DNA of 64,000 nt. Origin: Spirulina sp. (GTDB lineage: Bacteria > Cyanobacteriota > Cyanobacteriia > Phormidesmidales > Phormidesmidaceae). Made by a program: the position numbers and the translations under genes. The DNA is taken from NCBI GenBank assembly GCA_044070495.1, contig JBIPSI010000001.1, forward strand, positions 32,001 to 96,000. The letters run 5' to 3'. Positions 27,310-36,743 of the stretch are shown piece by piece. The first letter of the stretch is position 1. Each line of letters starts with the position of its first letter. Under the pieces are notes generated by a model. It saw only the letters and a program-made list of their open reading frames with translations, made no database searches and was not told the DNA's origin.

Positions 27310-27520
27310 CCCTCACTCCCAGCCCCTCTCCCCTAGGGCTACTGCTTGTACGCATCTTGTTTTCGTGCTGCAAGTCCTTGGAGATCCCCCTAAATCCCCC
27401 TTGTGAAGGGGGACTTTGAATCCAGTTCCCCCCTTCACAAGGGGGGCTAGGGGGGATCAACCCGAGGAACCCAACGGAATAGAAACTTGTATATAAACGG
27501 TAGCCCATAGGGCGAGGGGA
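27310..27520. repeat. Nested small dispersed repeats/MITE-like element
   Basis: Outer CCCTCAC...CCCTCTCCC / GGGCGAGGGG; middle imperfect IR GGGCTAC...GTAGCCC (27336-27506); inner GATCCCCC...GGGGGATC (27383-27458). Confidence 0.7.
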
Positions 27521-27610
27521 GCTAGAAGCGTTCCCATGGGGCAGAGCCAAAACAGCGCTAGGATAACCGTGAAAAATGCGTCAATAAACCTGTCCGAGCG
27601 CTGAGGTGGA

Positions 27611-28015
27611 ATGGCTGACATGACCACAGAACGACTCTTTCTGGCCCTAGCGGCCCTCCTCGGTGGAACAGCGGTGGCCACCGGGGCCTTTGCCACCCAC
27701 ACGCTCCGGGGGCAACTCTCCCCGCGTCTGCTGGAGGTGTTTGAAACTGGATCTCGCTACCAGATGTACCACGCCCTGGCCCTGGCGGCGGTGGGTCTAG
27801 CCCTAGCGATGTCCTTAGGCCATGGGGTCTGGCTGCGGGTGAGCGGCTGGGCCTTGGTGCTGGGTACCCTCACCTTTTCGGGTAGCCTCTATGCCCTGAG
27901 TCTTTCTGGGATAGGCGTCCTAGGTGCAGTGGCTCCTTTGGGTGGGGTGATGCTGATGGTGGGCTGGGCCTGCTTTGGGGTGGCGGTCTGCCTGGGGGTA
28001 AGCCCTACGCCCTAG
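27611..28015 (+). CDS. DUF423 membrane protein
   Basis: GAFATH, YQMYHALAL, FSGSLY, PLGG. Confidence 0.9.
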   Translation: MADMTTERLFLALAALLGGTAVATGAFATHTLRGQLSPRLLEVFETGSRYQMYHALALAAVGLALAMSLGHGVWLRVSGWALVLGTLTFSGSLYALSLSGIGVLGAVAPLGGVMLMVGWACFGVAVCLGVSPTP

Positions 28016-28092
28016 GGGGTTGCTCAGGCTATGATACCCCCAGGGTTTTCGAGCCTTGGCCCATTCCTATCCTCTGAACGCTGAGCTTACCG

Positions 28093-28320
28093 ATGTTTGA
28101 ATATCTCCGCCCCCGATCCCTGGAGCCAGCCCAGGACGTGATTGAGTATCTGGCGCTGCACCAGGCGGCCCAAGACTTTCGGCTGGAGGTAGAGTATCGG
28201 GAACAGCGGGACGCCTACTGCCAGTGGTACGACCAGACCGCCGCCGAAAATCGCGCCACCTTAGCACGGATGCAGCGGGAAACGAATCTTCTGGCTTGGT
28301 TTAGTGGGTGGTCGGCCTAG
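28093..28320 (+). CDS. Conserved small cyanobacterial protein
   Basis: DFRLEVEYREQRDAYCQWY motif. Confidence 0.75.
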   Translation: MFEYLRPRSLEPAQDVIEYLALHQAAQDFRLEVEYREQRDAYCQWYDQTAAENRATLARMQRETNLLAWFSGWSA

Positions 28321-28384
28321 GGGTTGTTCCAGAGACAGTCCAAAGAGTTGTGCCCAAGAGTGTTGTGCCCAAGAGTTGTGCTAC

Positions 28385-28621
28385 CTAAATCATCTCCAGT
28401 TCATCGGCCTTGAGGTGGGCGCGAAAGGGTCGCTTGGCCCCCTCTACGGCAAACTCAACCTGAACCGGAAAGTTAGGACTGATGGGCCGACCTTGGTAGT
28501 CGCTGAGCACTCCGACAACGGTACCTTCTAGCCCTTTTGCATCAAAGGCTTCATTCCGGTGCAGCGGGTGGTGGTAAAAAATAACCGATGCTTTGATGCG
28601 AACTCGATTGCCAATATCCAT
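28385..28621 (-). CDS. ftrV: Ferredoxin-thioredoxin reductase variable chain
   Basis: GNRVRIK.SV..YHHP.HRN..FD..GLEG...ISPNFP...FRAHL..DELE. Confidence 0.9.
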   Translation of the reverse strand: MDIGNRVRIKASVIFYHHPLHRNEAFDAKGLEGTVVGVLSDYQGRPISPNFPVQVEFAVEGAKRPFRAHLKADELEMI

Positions 28622-28881
28622 AAACACACACTCGCCTTTCTGGATCCCCACTCACGCCTGAAACCAGCGGGGGCCATCATCTACACAGCCTTACCATCTT
28701 TACACAGGATGGGCCTTGGCCTGCACCCTATTCATCTAGGCTCCCCTTTTCCTGAGATTCAGGTAACCAAGTGCAAAGGCTAACGAAGAACTCTGTGGAT
28801 TTCTATCGTTTTCGTTATAGCCTCAATTCCGCAGGGCTGGCTATGGCGTAATGGGAGATGAAGCGTTAGGCAATTATACTC

Positions 28882-29109
28882 ATGGCTGACCCCTCAGATC
28901 GAACCTTCATGGCCTCCCTTCAGCAATTGGTTGTGTCCCTGCTGGCCCAACATGCCTACAGCATCTGCGACCTAGCCCAGGAATGCGCTCAGCAACTCCA
29001 TGCGCCCATGTGCGAAATTATGACGCCCCTTGCCGATAGTCTATGCGAAATGATGGACGGGGGCCGAGTCCACTACGACCGCCAGCAGCACCTTGTCATC
29101 CTAGGTTAG
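28882..29109 (+). CDS. Small hypothetical protein (winged-helix-like)
   Basis: 75 aa ORF in an otherwise empty interval. Confidence 0.6.
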   Translation: MADPSDRTFMASLQQLVVSLLAQHAYSICDLAQECAQQLHAPMCEIMTPLADSLCEMMDGGRVHYDRQQHLVILG

Positions 29110-29140
29110 ATATCTAAGGATTGGCCCTAGCCCTGTGGTT

Positions 29141-29566
29141 TTAGGGTTCCAGCAGGTCTGCGATTTGTCGCGCCATGGCCGCTATCTCAGGATCTTGCTG
29201 GGCGGCTAGGGCGCTTCTCTCTTGAAAGGCGTGGCCGATTTCGGTAGCTTGCAAAAGGTGGCGCGCCTCTGCCATCAGTTCCTCGGCCCGAACGAGGGGC
29301 TGGGGTTGTTTGGCCATCAGCACTTCGTCGATTTGCACAATAAATTGAGAAATCGGACGCAGCCAGCTAAATTGCTCGTGGTTGAGCACCAAGCGCAGAT
29401 ACTCGCCTCGGTGGGGAATGGGGCCATAGGTGGCTTCATAGATATCTTTTTCGGCATCCATCAGGTGTTTGTGAGCTTTGAGCAACAGAGGCCGCAGTTC
29501 GCGCAGTTGGGCAAAGGCGGGATCGGAGGCGGGATTTCCAACAGTCATACCGTAACGCTGTAGCAT
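29141..29566 (-). CDS. Conserved hypothetical protein
   Basis: LL..HK.L...E...YE..YG, F.WLRP.S..IV.IDE motif; start uncertain (29566 or 29548). Confidence 0.75.
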   Translation of the reverse strand: MLQRYGMTVGNPASDPAFAQLRELRPLLLKAHKHLMDAEKDIYEATYGPIPHRGEYLRLVLNHEQFSWLRPISQFIVQIDEVLMAKQPQPLVRAEELMAEARHLLQATEIGHAFQERSALAAQQDPEIAAMARQIADLLEP

Positions 29567-29686
29567 AGACACTGCCCTCACCTTTCCACGAAAAGTTGGT
29601 GATTTCAAGGGGTTGTGCGGGGATTGACCCTGCTTGGGCAAGGTTGGGTTTAATGCAACAATGACCCTACGTGTTTAACGGCCACT

Positions 29687-30394
29687 ATGACCTTTACTAC
29701 CGTTCATCCTGGTCAACTGTCGATTATTGCCAGCGACTCTGAGGCTCGACCCATGAGCTTTTTGCAAGGGGGAGAGCGTTTAGGCTACGAGCCAGCGGTG
29801 GCGCGGGCAGTTTGCCAACGGCTGGGCCTAGAGCCGGTGTGGTTTAACTATCCCATCGATCAGTTCTACCCGGTGTTGAGCGAGGGGCAGCACGATGTGG
29901 TTTGGTTTAACCAAGCCATCACCCAAGAACGCCGCGCCTGGGCCGACTTCACCCGCCCCTACGGTCGCTTCGATGAGGCTATTCTGGTCTTGGAGGAAAG
30001 CCCCATTGAGGGATCGCAGCATCTGGCAGGCAAGCGCCTCGGCACCCTAGAAACGCGGCCCCACATCCTGCTCCAGGACGATTGGCCGGAGGTGGAATGG
30101 GTCACCTTCCCCGACCGAGATGCCGCGTTTACCACCATGATCAGCGCCCTCAAGGCGGGTCAGATTGATGCGGTTTTGGAGGATGCGGTGCTGTTGCTCA
30201 CGGTGGAAGCCGATGATCCTAGCCTGCGGGTGGCCTTCCAGCGTTCGGCCCAGCAGCCCTTTGGGGTGGGGGTGTTGCCCGGCAATCGAGAACTGCTCGA
30301 TGCCCTCAACCAAGCCCTCAACCAGATCATCATGGATGGCACCTTGGCCAAACTCTGGGCTCAGTGGATTCCCTATAAAGCGTTTCCTTTTTAG
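29687..30394 (+). CDS. Family 3 solute-binding protein-like
   Basis: GYEPAVARA, ITQERRAWADFTRPY, G.IDA, DGTLAKL...W. Confidence 0.85.
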   Translation: MTFTTVHPGQLSIIASDSEARPMSFLQGGERLGYEPAVARAVCQRLGLEPVWFNYPIDQFYPVLSEGQHDVVWFNQAITQERRAWADFTRPYGRFDEAILVLEESPIEGSQHLAGKRLGTLETRPHILLQDDWPEVEWVTFPDRDAAFTTMISALKAGQIDAVLEDAVLLLTVEADDPSLRVAFQRSAQQPFGVGVLPGNRELLDALNQALNQIIMDGTLAKLWAQWIPYKAFPF

Positions 30395-30519
30395 GCTAAG
30401 TTGAGTCTCAGCCTAGCGAGGATCCACCACGCAGCCAACCCAGCTTTCGGCTATGGTTGGGTTACAGAAAACACCTCAATGGGGCCAACGCACCCACAGA
30501 CGCACACACGGACGCCACG

Positions 30520-30954
30520 ATGATCGCAAGCCAAGGGCCAGGGGAAGGCACCCATAAAATTACCTGTCAAGTCTTTGTCTACGGCACCCTCCAGCCGGGG
30601 GAAACGGGTTTCCGCCGTTTCTGCGAGCCCTACACGATTGATCAGCGGTCGGCCCAGGTTCCCGGTCGTCTCTACCATCTGCCCCTAGGCTATCCGGCCC
30701 TCACCCTAGAAGAGGGCTGGGTGAAAGGGATTTTGCTCACCCTCTCCACCACCGCCGCCCTGGCCAAGCTAGATGAATTTGAGGCCTTTTACCCCGACCA
30801 CCCCCAAGACAGCGAATACCAGCGCCTTTGGCACCGGGTCTACGATAAAAATCAGGCCCTACTCACCTACGCCTGGGTCTACGCCATGACCCGAGACCAA
30901 GTCGAATCCTTAGGGGGGGAATGGCTCCCCGATGGCGTCTGGACCAGTCAATGA
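30520..30954 (+). CDS. Gamma-glutamylcyclotransferase family protein
   Basis: VFVYGTLQPGE, GYPAL, LDEFE, AWVY. Confidence 0.88.
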   Translation: MIASQGPGEGTHKITCQVFVYGTLQPGETGFRRFCEPYTIDQRSAQVPGRLYHLPLGYPALTLEEGWVKGILLTLSTTAALAKLDEFEAFYPDHPQDSEYQRLWHRVYDKNQALLTYAWVYAMTRDQVESLGGEWLPDGVWTSQ

Positions 30955-30986
30955 TCCGCCCTTTACCCTGATCTTCACCATCCCCC

Positions 30987-31286
30987 GTGTCCCAGATTTA
31001 CTACCTCCTCCGTTCCCGCGCCGATGGTCGCTACCTGGCGGCCCGCCCCCGCAGCACCGATGCCGCCCAATCCGCTGGGTTTCTGCTGGTCTTCAAGGCC
31101 GACTATGATGCCCTCAGCTATCTCAATGCCCATGCCCCCGACCTCAGCGATCAGTTTACGGTGGAAGCCGTCACCCCCTCCAACCTTAAGCCCTTGCTCA
31201 CCCGCTGGAATTTTCAGGGGTTGGGCATGGTCGAAGATCCGCGTTTACCCAATGTTGAGTTTTTTAACCGCGCCCCAGAGGTTTAG
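30987..31286 (+). CDS. Conserved cyanobacterial hypothetical protein
   Basis: YYLLRSRADGRYL...ALSYLNAHAP...RWNFQGLG.VEDP. Confidence 0.75.
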   Translation: MSQIYYLLRSRADGRYLAARPRSTDAAQSAGFLLVFKADYDALSYLNAHAPDLSDQFTVEAVTPSNLKPLLTRWNFQGLGMVEDPRLPNVEFFNRAPEV

Positions 31287-31393
31287 GCCATCTAGGGCGT
31301 TGCGAGATAGGAGGATACTTTCCCTCAACCCAAGAATGCGGTACCTTGTTCAATCTTCAAGGTTACGGAAATTCAAGGTCGTGAAATTCAGGG

Positions 31394-32098
31394 TCACCCA
31401 TCCCATTTCACCTTAAATAGGCGAAATAGTTCGTAGTCGCGGTGGGAAACCACCCGTGCGCCAACGGATTTCACCAGGGCAGGCCACTGGTCGAGGGGAT
31501 CGAGCTGCACCTCGGCCCCCAGGTAAGTTTCTAAAATGGCCCAGCTTTCGGCCAGGGGTGCTTCGGGGTTGAGGGCATCGAACAGAAAGTGCCCTCCCGG
31601 TTTGAGAACTTTTTTCACCTGTTGCAGCACCGTTTCCCAATAGTCGGCGGGGTAGTAGCAGCTTACCCCGGTGGCGATGACTAGGTCGAAAAACTGGGGT
31701 TCGTAGTTGTCTTGTAAACGGTGGGCAGGGGCTTGCTTCATGCCCTTGAACAGCTTGGAATTAAGCTGTGGCCCCCTAGCGGTGACGGCCTTGCAGGCAA
31801 ACTCGCTGATGTCTTGGCCGTGGAAGAGGGCATCCCAGTCGCGCCAGGGGTAGACCAAAAAGCTAATGCCGCAGCCCAGGTCGAGGCAGTGATCCTTTTT
31901 GTGGGGTTTTATCGACTCCCAAAAGGGCGTGGCAATGCGCGGCGTTAACCGTCCGGCCACCCAGTCTTTGAACAGGGGCATTTCTTCAATTTCCTGGGGC
32001 AGATCAAAGGGCTGACCCGAAAATTCTTGGTTGTAGCGTTGGGCAACGGCCTGGAGGGCGGCCCCCCAGGGGGAGGGATCGGCGGTGGGTAGGGTCAT
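31394..32098 (-). CDS. Class I SAM-dependent methyltransferase
   Basis: CLDLGCG, FDLVIA, VLKPGG. Confidence 0.88.
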   Translation of the reverse strand: MTLPTADPSPWGAALQAVAQRYNQEFSGQPFDLPQEIEEMPLFKDWVAGRLTPRIATPFWESIKPHKKDHCLDLGCGISFLVYPWRDWDALFHGQDISEFACKAVTARGPQLNSKLFKGMKQAPAHRLQDNYEPQFFDLVIATGVSCYYPADYWETVLQQVKKVLKPGGHFLFDALNPEAPLAESWAILETYLGAEVQLDPLDQWPALVKSVGARVVSHRDYELFRLFKVKWDG

Positions 32099-32109
32099 TC
32101 GCGTACGCC

Positions 32110-32292
32110 CTAACCCTTGAGGGCGCGGTTGAAGTTTTCGCGGTAGGACTTGCTAAAGGCCAAAAACAACGGCCACAGAACGGTAAATTTCACCTTGCCC
32201 TCACTGAAGTTGGTGCGTTTAAATCCGGCCCAAAACTTCCAAGCGCCGCCGCCATAGATGCCGACCAATAGTAATACGAGCAATGTTTCCAT
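32110..32292 (-). CDS. Small membrane protein
   Basis: 60 aa, AGGAGG RBS, GAWKFW.GF.RTNF...SYRENF.RALKG. Confidence 0.8.
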   Translation of the reverse strand: METLLVLLLVGIYGGGAWKFWAGFKRTNFSEGKVKFTVLWPLFLAFSKSYRENFNRALKG

Positions 32293-32640
32293 AGGTTATC
32301 CTCCTTACCTGGGGGTGCTCCCCTTTCCCTATAAAATACCGATATTAACGGGTTTCTGTGGGTGAGGATATCAGGGCAGGGCCAAGGTTTGGCAAAAGGC
32401 CATCTCAGCCCAGGGACTCAGCCCTAGGATAGAGATGCGAGGGACGGCCCTCCCGTAAGCTATCCAGGGGGACGGCGGATCTAGTTCAGAGGTTCTGGTC
32501 TGACCCTTCTCTAGCCTAAGGATGCCCCCAGCAGTGGGGTGATGTCCTTGGTTTAACCGAGGTTCCTACCCCTGGGGGGTTATGCTCCTAGGGCATGGTG
32601 ACGAACCCAGACGATTGTTTAGCAGCAGGAAGGAGACAAG

Positions 32641-35169
32641 ATGCGTGCAGTGTTAATGGCTGGCGGTTCCGGGACGCGGTTGCGCCCACTCACCTGCGAT
32701 CTGCCAAAGCCCATGGTGCCGATCCTGAATCGACCGATTGCCGAGCACATCGTTAACCTGCTGAAGCGCAACGGCATCCATGAGGTGATCGCCACCCTGC
32801 ACTATCTGCCCGACATCATGCGCGACTACTTCCAGGACGGGCGCGACTTTGGGGTGCAGATGACCTACGCCGTGGAGGAGGATCAGCCCCTAGGCACGGC
32901 GGGCTGTGTGAAAAATATTTCTGACTTATTAGACGACACCTTTTTGGTGATCAGCGGCGACAGCGTTACGGATTTTGACCTGCAAGCGGCGATTCGCTTC
33001 CATCGTGAGAAGGGTTCTAAGGCCACCCTGGTGCTGACTCGCGTGCCCAACCCCATCGAGTTTGGGGTGGTGATTACCAACGCTGAGGGCCAGATCCAGC
33101 GCTTCCTAGAAAAACCCTCCACCAGCGAAATTTTTTCCGACACCGTCAACACGGGCACCTATATTTTGGAACCGGAGGTGCTGGACTACCTGCCCGCCAA
33201 CCAAGAATCCGACTTTTCTAAGGATTTGTTTCCCCTGCTGTTAGAAAAGGGCGAACCCATCTACGGCTATGTAGCCGAGGGCTACTGGTGCGATGTGGGC
33301 CACCTAGAAGCCTACCGGGAGGCCCAGTACGATGCCCTGCACCGCAAGGTGGTGGTCGATTATGCCTACCCGGAGACAGAATCAGGGGTTTGGGTGGGCG
33401 ACAATACCTACATCGACCCCACCGCCAAACTGCATCCCCCGGTGATGATTGGCAACAACTGCCGGATTGGGGCGCGGACGGTGCTCGAACCGGGCACCGT
33501 GGTCGGCGACAACGTCACCATCGGCAACGATGCCGATCTGAAGCGTCCGATTGTCTGGAATGGAGCGATTGTGGGAGATGAGGTGCACCTGCGGGCCTGT
33601 AGCATTGCGCGGGGGGCCAGGGTAGATCGTCGTTCCCACGTCCTAGAGGGGGCGGTGATTGGGCCGCTGACTACCGTTGGCGAAGAGGCCCAGATTAGCC
33701 CTGGGGTACGGGTTTGGCCAAGTAAGCAAATTGAATCAGGGGCAACGTTGAACATCAATTTAATTTGGGGCAACACGGCACAGCGCAATTTGTTTGGTCA
33801 GCGGGGCGTTTCCGGGCTGGCCAACATCGACATCACGCCGGAATTTGCCGTCAAACTGGGGGCCGCCTACGGTTCCACCCTCAAGCCCGGTTCCCACGTC
33901 ACCGTCTCGCGGGATCAGCGCAGCATCTCCCGTATGGGATCCCGTTCCCTGATTGCGGGGCTGATGTCCGTGGGGGTAAACGTCCAAAACCTAGAGGCCA
34001 CCGCCATCCCCGTGGCCCGTAGCGTGATCGCCCAAATGCCTGTGGTGGGCGGCATCCATGTGCGGCTGCACCCCGACCGACCCGACCATGTGCTGATCGA
34101 GTTCTTCGACGAGCACGGCATCGACATTCCCAAGGGCAAGGAAAAGAAAATCGAAGGGGCCTACTTCAAGGAAGACCTGCGCCGCTGCGCCATCGACGAA
34201 ATCGGCACCGTCACCTATCCAGCCCAGGTGGTTTCCACCTACACCACCGCCTTTGAAAAGCACCTCAACGTCGAGGCGGTGCTCAACAGTCAGGCCAAGG
34301 TGGTGATTGACTACGTTTACGCCGTTTCGGGTGCGGTGCTGCCGCAAATTTTGGGCAAGTTTGGCTGCGATGCCGTGGTGCTGAATGCCAGTCTGCGCCA
34401 GTCGCCTCTCTCCCCCGACGACCGGGAGGTGATGCTGGGCCAACTGGGCCAAGTGGTGCAGGCGCTGCGGGCCACCTTTGGGGCACAGGTCTCCGCCAAC
34501 GGCGAACAGCTCATCCTCGTCGATGAAATGGGGAGCCAAATTCGCGGCGAAACCCTGACCGCCCTGATGGCCCACATGATGCTGACCTGCCATCCCAAGG
34601 GCACCATCGTGGTTCCAGTGCAAGCCTCCGGGGCGGTGGAGCAAATTGCCCGTCGCCACGGCGGGCAGGTAATTCGCACCAAGGCCAACCCTACGGCGCT
34701 GATGCAAGCCTGCCAGGAAAACCCCAACGTCGTCCTCGGCGGCAGCGGCGATATGGGCTTTATTTTCCCCGAACTGCACCCCGGCTTCGATGCCATGTTC
34801 TGCATCGCCAAGCTGATTGAAATGCTCAGCCTGCAAGACCATTCCCTCGGCCAAATTTGGTCAGACCTGCCCCGCATCACCCACCGCACCCAAACCCTGC
34901 GCTGCCCCTGGACGGTGAAGGGTGCCCTAATGCGCTACCTGGTGGAAGAAACGCCCCAAGAACACCTAGAACTGATCGACGGGGTTAAAATCTTAGGAGA
35001 CAATCCCGACGATTGGGTGCTGGTGCTGCCCGATGCCGGGGAACCCCTTGTCCATCTCTTTGGCAACAGCCAAAACCGAGACTGGCTCGATGCCACCATG
35101 GACAAGTACCATAACCAGGTGCAACAGTTTATTGACCAAGCCCAGGGGATGCCCTCCCAGGCCCTCTAA
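32641..35169 (+). CDS. Mannose-1-phosphate guanylyltransferase/phosphomannomutase-like fusion
   Basis: MAGGSGTRLRPLT..PKP, hexapeptide repeats, C-terminal PGM/PMM fold. Confidence 0.92.
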   Translation: MRAVLMAGGSGTRLRPLTCDLPKPMVPILNRPIAEHIVNLLKRNGIHEVIATLHYLPDIMRDYFQDGRDFGVQMTYAVEEDQPLGTAGCVKNISDLLDDTFLVISGDSVTDFDLQAAIRFHREKGSKATLVLTRVPNPIEFGVVITNAEGQIQRFLEKPSTSEIFSDTVNTGTYILEPEVLDYLPANQESDFSKDLFPLLLEKGEPIYGYVAEGYWCDVGHLEAYREAQYDALHRKVVVDYAYPETESGVWVGDNTYIDPTAKLHPPVMIGNNCRIGARTVLEPGTVVGDNVTIGNDADLKRPIVWNGAIVGDEVHLRACSIARGARVDRRSHVLEGAVIGPLTTVGEEAQISPGVRVWPSKQIESGATLNINLIWGNTAQRNLFGQRGVSGLANIDITPEFAVKLGAAYGSTLKPGSHVTVSRDQRSISRMGSRSLIAGLMSVGVNVQNLEATAIPVARSVIAQMPVVGGIHVRLHPDRPDHVLIEFFDEHGIDIPKGKEKKIEGAYFKEDLRRCAIDEIGTVTYPAQVVSTYTTAFEKHLNVEAVLNSQAKVVIDYVYAVSGAVLPQILGKFGCDAVVLNASLRQSPLSPDDREVMLGQLGQVVQALRATFGAQVSANGEQLILVDEMGSQIRGETLTALMAHMMLTCHPKGTIVVPVQASGAVEQIARRHGGQVIRTKANPTALMQACQENPNVVLGGSGDMGFIFPELHPGFDAMFCIAKLIEMLSLQDHSLGQIWSDLPRITHRTQTLRCPWTVKGALMRYLVEETPQEHLELIDGVKILGDNPDDWVLVLPDAGEPLVHLFGNSQNRDWLDATMDKYHNQVQQFIDQAQGMPSQAL

Positions 35170-35210
35170 GCCAGGTGTCCGTGGCCCCAAACCCGTCTGG
35201 GTCTTTGTTT

Positions 35211-35248
35211 GGTCAGCCAACTGGTCAGCCAACTGGTCAGCCAACTGG
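35211..35248. repeat. 12-bp tandem repeat x3
   Basis: (GGTCAGCCAACT)3. Confidence 0.85.
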
Positions 35249-35306
35249 CCAAACAGCGGGGTCACTAACTGGGCCACTTAATCCGGGTATCTAAGGAGAT
35301 CAGCCG

Positions 35307-35777
35307 ATGAACAACTGTATGCTTTTGGCGGAAATCGTCCAAGCCCCCCAACTTCGCTACACCTCGGATAACCAGCTTCCCGTGGCCGAGTTTGTCGTGC
35401 AGTTTCCGGGCCTGCGGGAGGGTGATCCGGCGGGGCAGATGAAGGTCGTCGGCTGGGGCAACCTGGCTCAGGAAATCCAGGAAAACTACCAAGTCGGCCA
35501 GCGCGTCCTGCTCGAAGGCCGCCTGGGTATGAACACCGTTGAACGGCCCGAAGGCTACAAGGAGAAACAGGCGGAAATGACCATCCAGCGCATCTACAAC
35601 GCCGGAACCTTTGCCACCATGCCCATGGCCGCCCCCACCGCCCTCGGTGCCAACGCCCCTGCGGCTACATCCGCCGCCCCCCGTCCTGCGGTAGCCACCC
35701 CCCGCCCTGCCGCCCCCACCCCTAGCCCCGCCGCCGAACCCGATCCCGGCATCAACTACGACGAAATTCCCTTTTAG
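35307..35777 (+). CDS. ssb: Single-stranded DNA-binding protein (cyanobacterial Ycf41-like)
   Basis: PQLRYT, WGNLA, EGRL, C-terminal DEIPF. Confidence 0.88.
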   Translation: MNNCMLLAEIVQAPQLRYTSDNQLPVAEFVVQFPGLREGDPAGQMKVVGWGNLAQEIQENYQVGQRVLLEGRLGMNTVERPEGYKEKQAEMTIQRIYNAGTFATMPMAAPTALGANAPAATSAAPRPAVATPRPAAPTPSPAAEPDPGINYDEIPF

Positions 35778-35807
35778 GTTACAGATATCAGCCTTGTTCT
35801 GCGAGAT

Positions 35808-35834
35808 AGTGTCAATGACAACGCGCAATGCCAT
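35808..35834 (-). pseudogene. Possible 5' stub of a PIN-domain toxin
   Basis: MALRVVIDT begins right after the upstream stop and then loses similarity. Confidence 0.45.
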
Positions 35835-35836
35835 AC

Positions 35837-36055
35837 CTAGTGCGGTTGCTGCCGTACTGCTTTAATCTCAGCCATGATGTCATCATCCGTAACATCCTCT
35901 GCTGGGGGCTGGGCGTAGAGTTCTTCTAGCAGAGTCGCAAGGTCAGCGCGCAAATCTAATTCAAGTAAGGCCTGGGCAACCTGCGCCCGCTCCTCTGGCT
36001 GGAGTTGCTGAACGGTCTGAATCAGTTGCTCTAGCGTAATGGGGACGGCAATCAT
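35837..36055 (-). CDS. Antitoxin-like small acidic protein
   Basis: 72 aa, LEQLIQTVQQL.PEER...DDDIMAEIKAVR. Confidence 0.7.
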   Translation of the reverse strand: MIAVPITLEQLIQTVQQLQPEERAQVAQALLELDLRADLATLLEELYAQPPAEDVTDDDIMAEIKAVRQQPH

Positions 36056-36291
36056 CGCTTTTCTGTCCTCAGGGTTCTTCAATTGTAGAATTTCCACCGA
36101 TGCTATGACTAAGTTCGTGATTCCTTGAGCAACAAGCGTCTAGTGTCCTCTTCACGTCTCCGCCTGGTGGATGAACAAAATTAGCCAGAACCCAGGTCTG
36201 TCAAAGAGTCAGGAAACCTGCCCTCTACATTCTCCAAATGCCGTAGGGGATCGGTTGTGTGAGAATGATCGGTGTAGCCTCACGTTGTTCT

Positions 36292-36720
36292 ATGTCTACT
36301 CGCCCTGCCTCCATTGAGAAACTGGTCAGTCGGTTTCAGCAAACCGCCGACCCCAAGCGCCGCTACGAGCAGTTGCTATTTTTGGCTAAAAAGATGGAAC
36401 CCCTGCCCGACGAGTGCAAAACCCCGGAAACCAAGGTGCAGGGCTGTGTCTCCCAGGTGTTTGTGATTGCCGACCTGGTGGAGGGAAAAATGCAGTACCA
36501 GGCGGATTCTGACGCTCAAATTACCAAGGGTCTGGTGGCCTTTTTGGTGCGCGGACTCAACGGTCTGACTCCCCAGGAAATTGTTGACCTCAGCCCCGAT
36601 TTCATCAAAGACACCCAGCTTGATGTCAGCCTCACCCCCTCGCGGGCCAACGGGTTCTACAACATTTTCAAGAAAATGCAGACCCTCGCGGCTGGGTTCC
36701 TAGCGGCATCCCAAGCCTAG
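36292..36720 (+). CDS. sufE: Cysteine desulfuration protein SufE
   Basis: [28 protein letters not shown]. Confidence 0.92.
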   Translation: MSTRPASIEKLVSRFQQTADPKRRYEQLLFLAKKMEPLPDECKTPETKVQGCVSQVFVIADLVEGKMQYQADSDAQITKGLVAFLVRGLNGLTPQEIVDLSPDFIKDTQLDVSLTPSRANGFYNIFKKMQTLAAGFLAASQA

Positions 36721-36743
36721 GCCCATTGCCCACGGATACCGCC

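Noticed and set aside
35265..35834. 189-aa minus-strand ORF as a real gene
   Set aside because: Almost entirely antisense to ssb; only the first nine codons look meaningful
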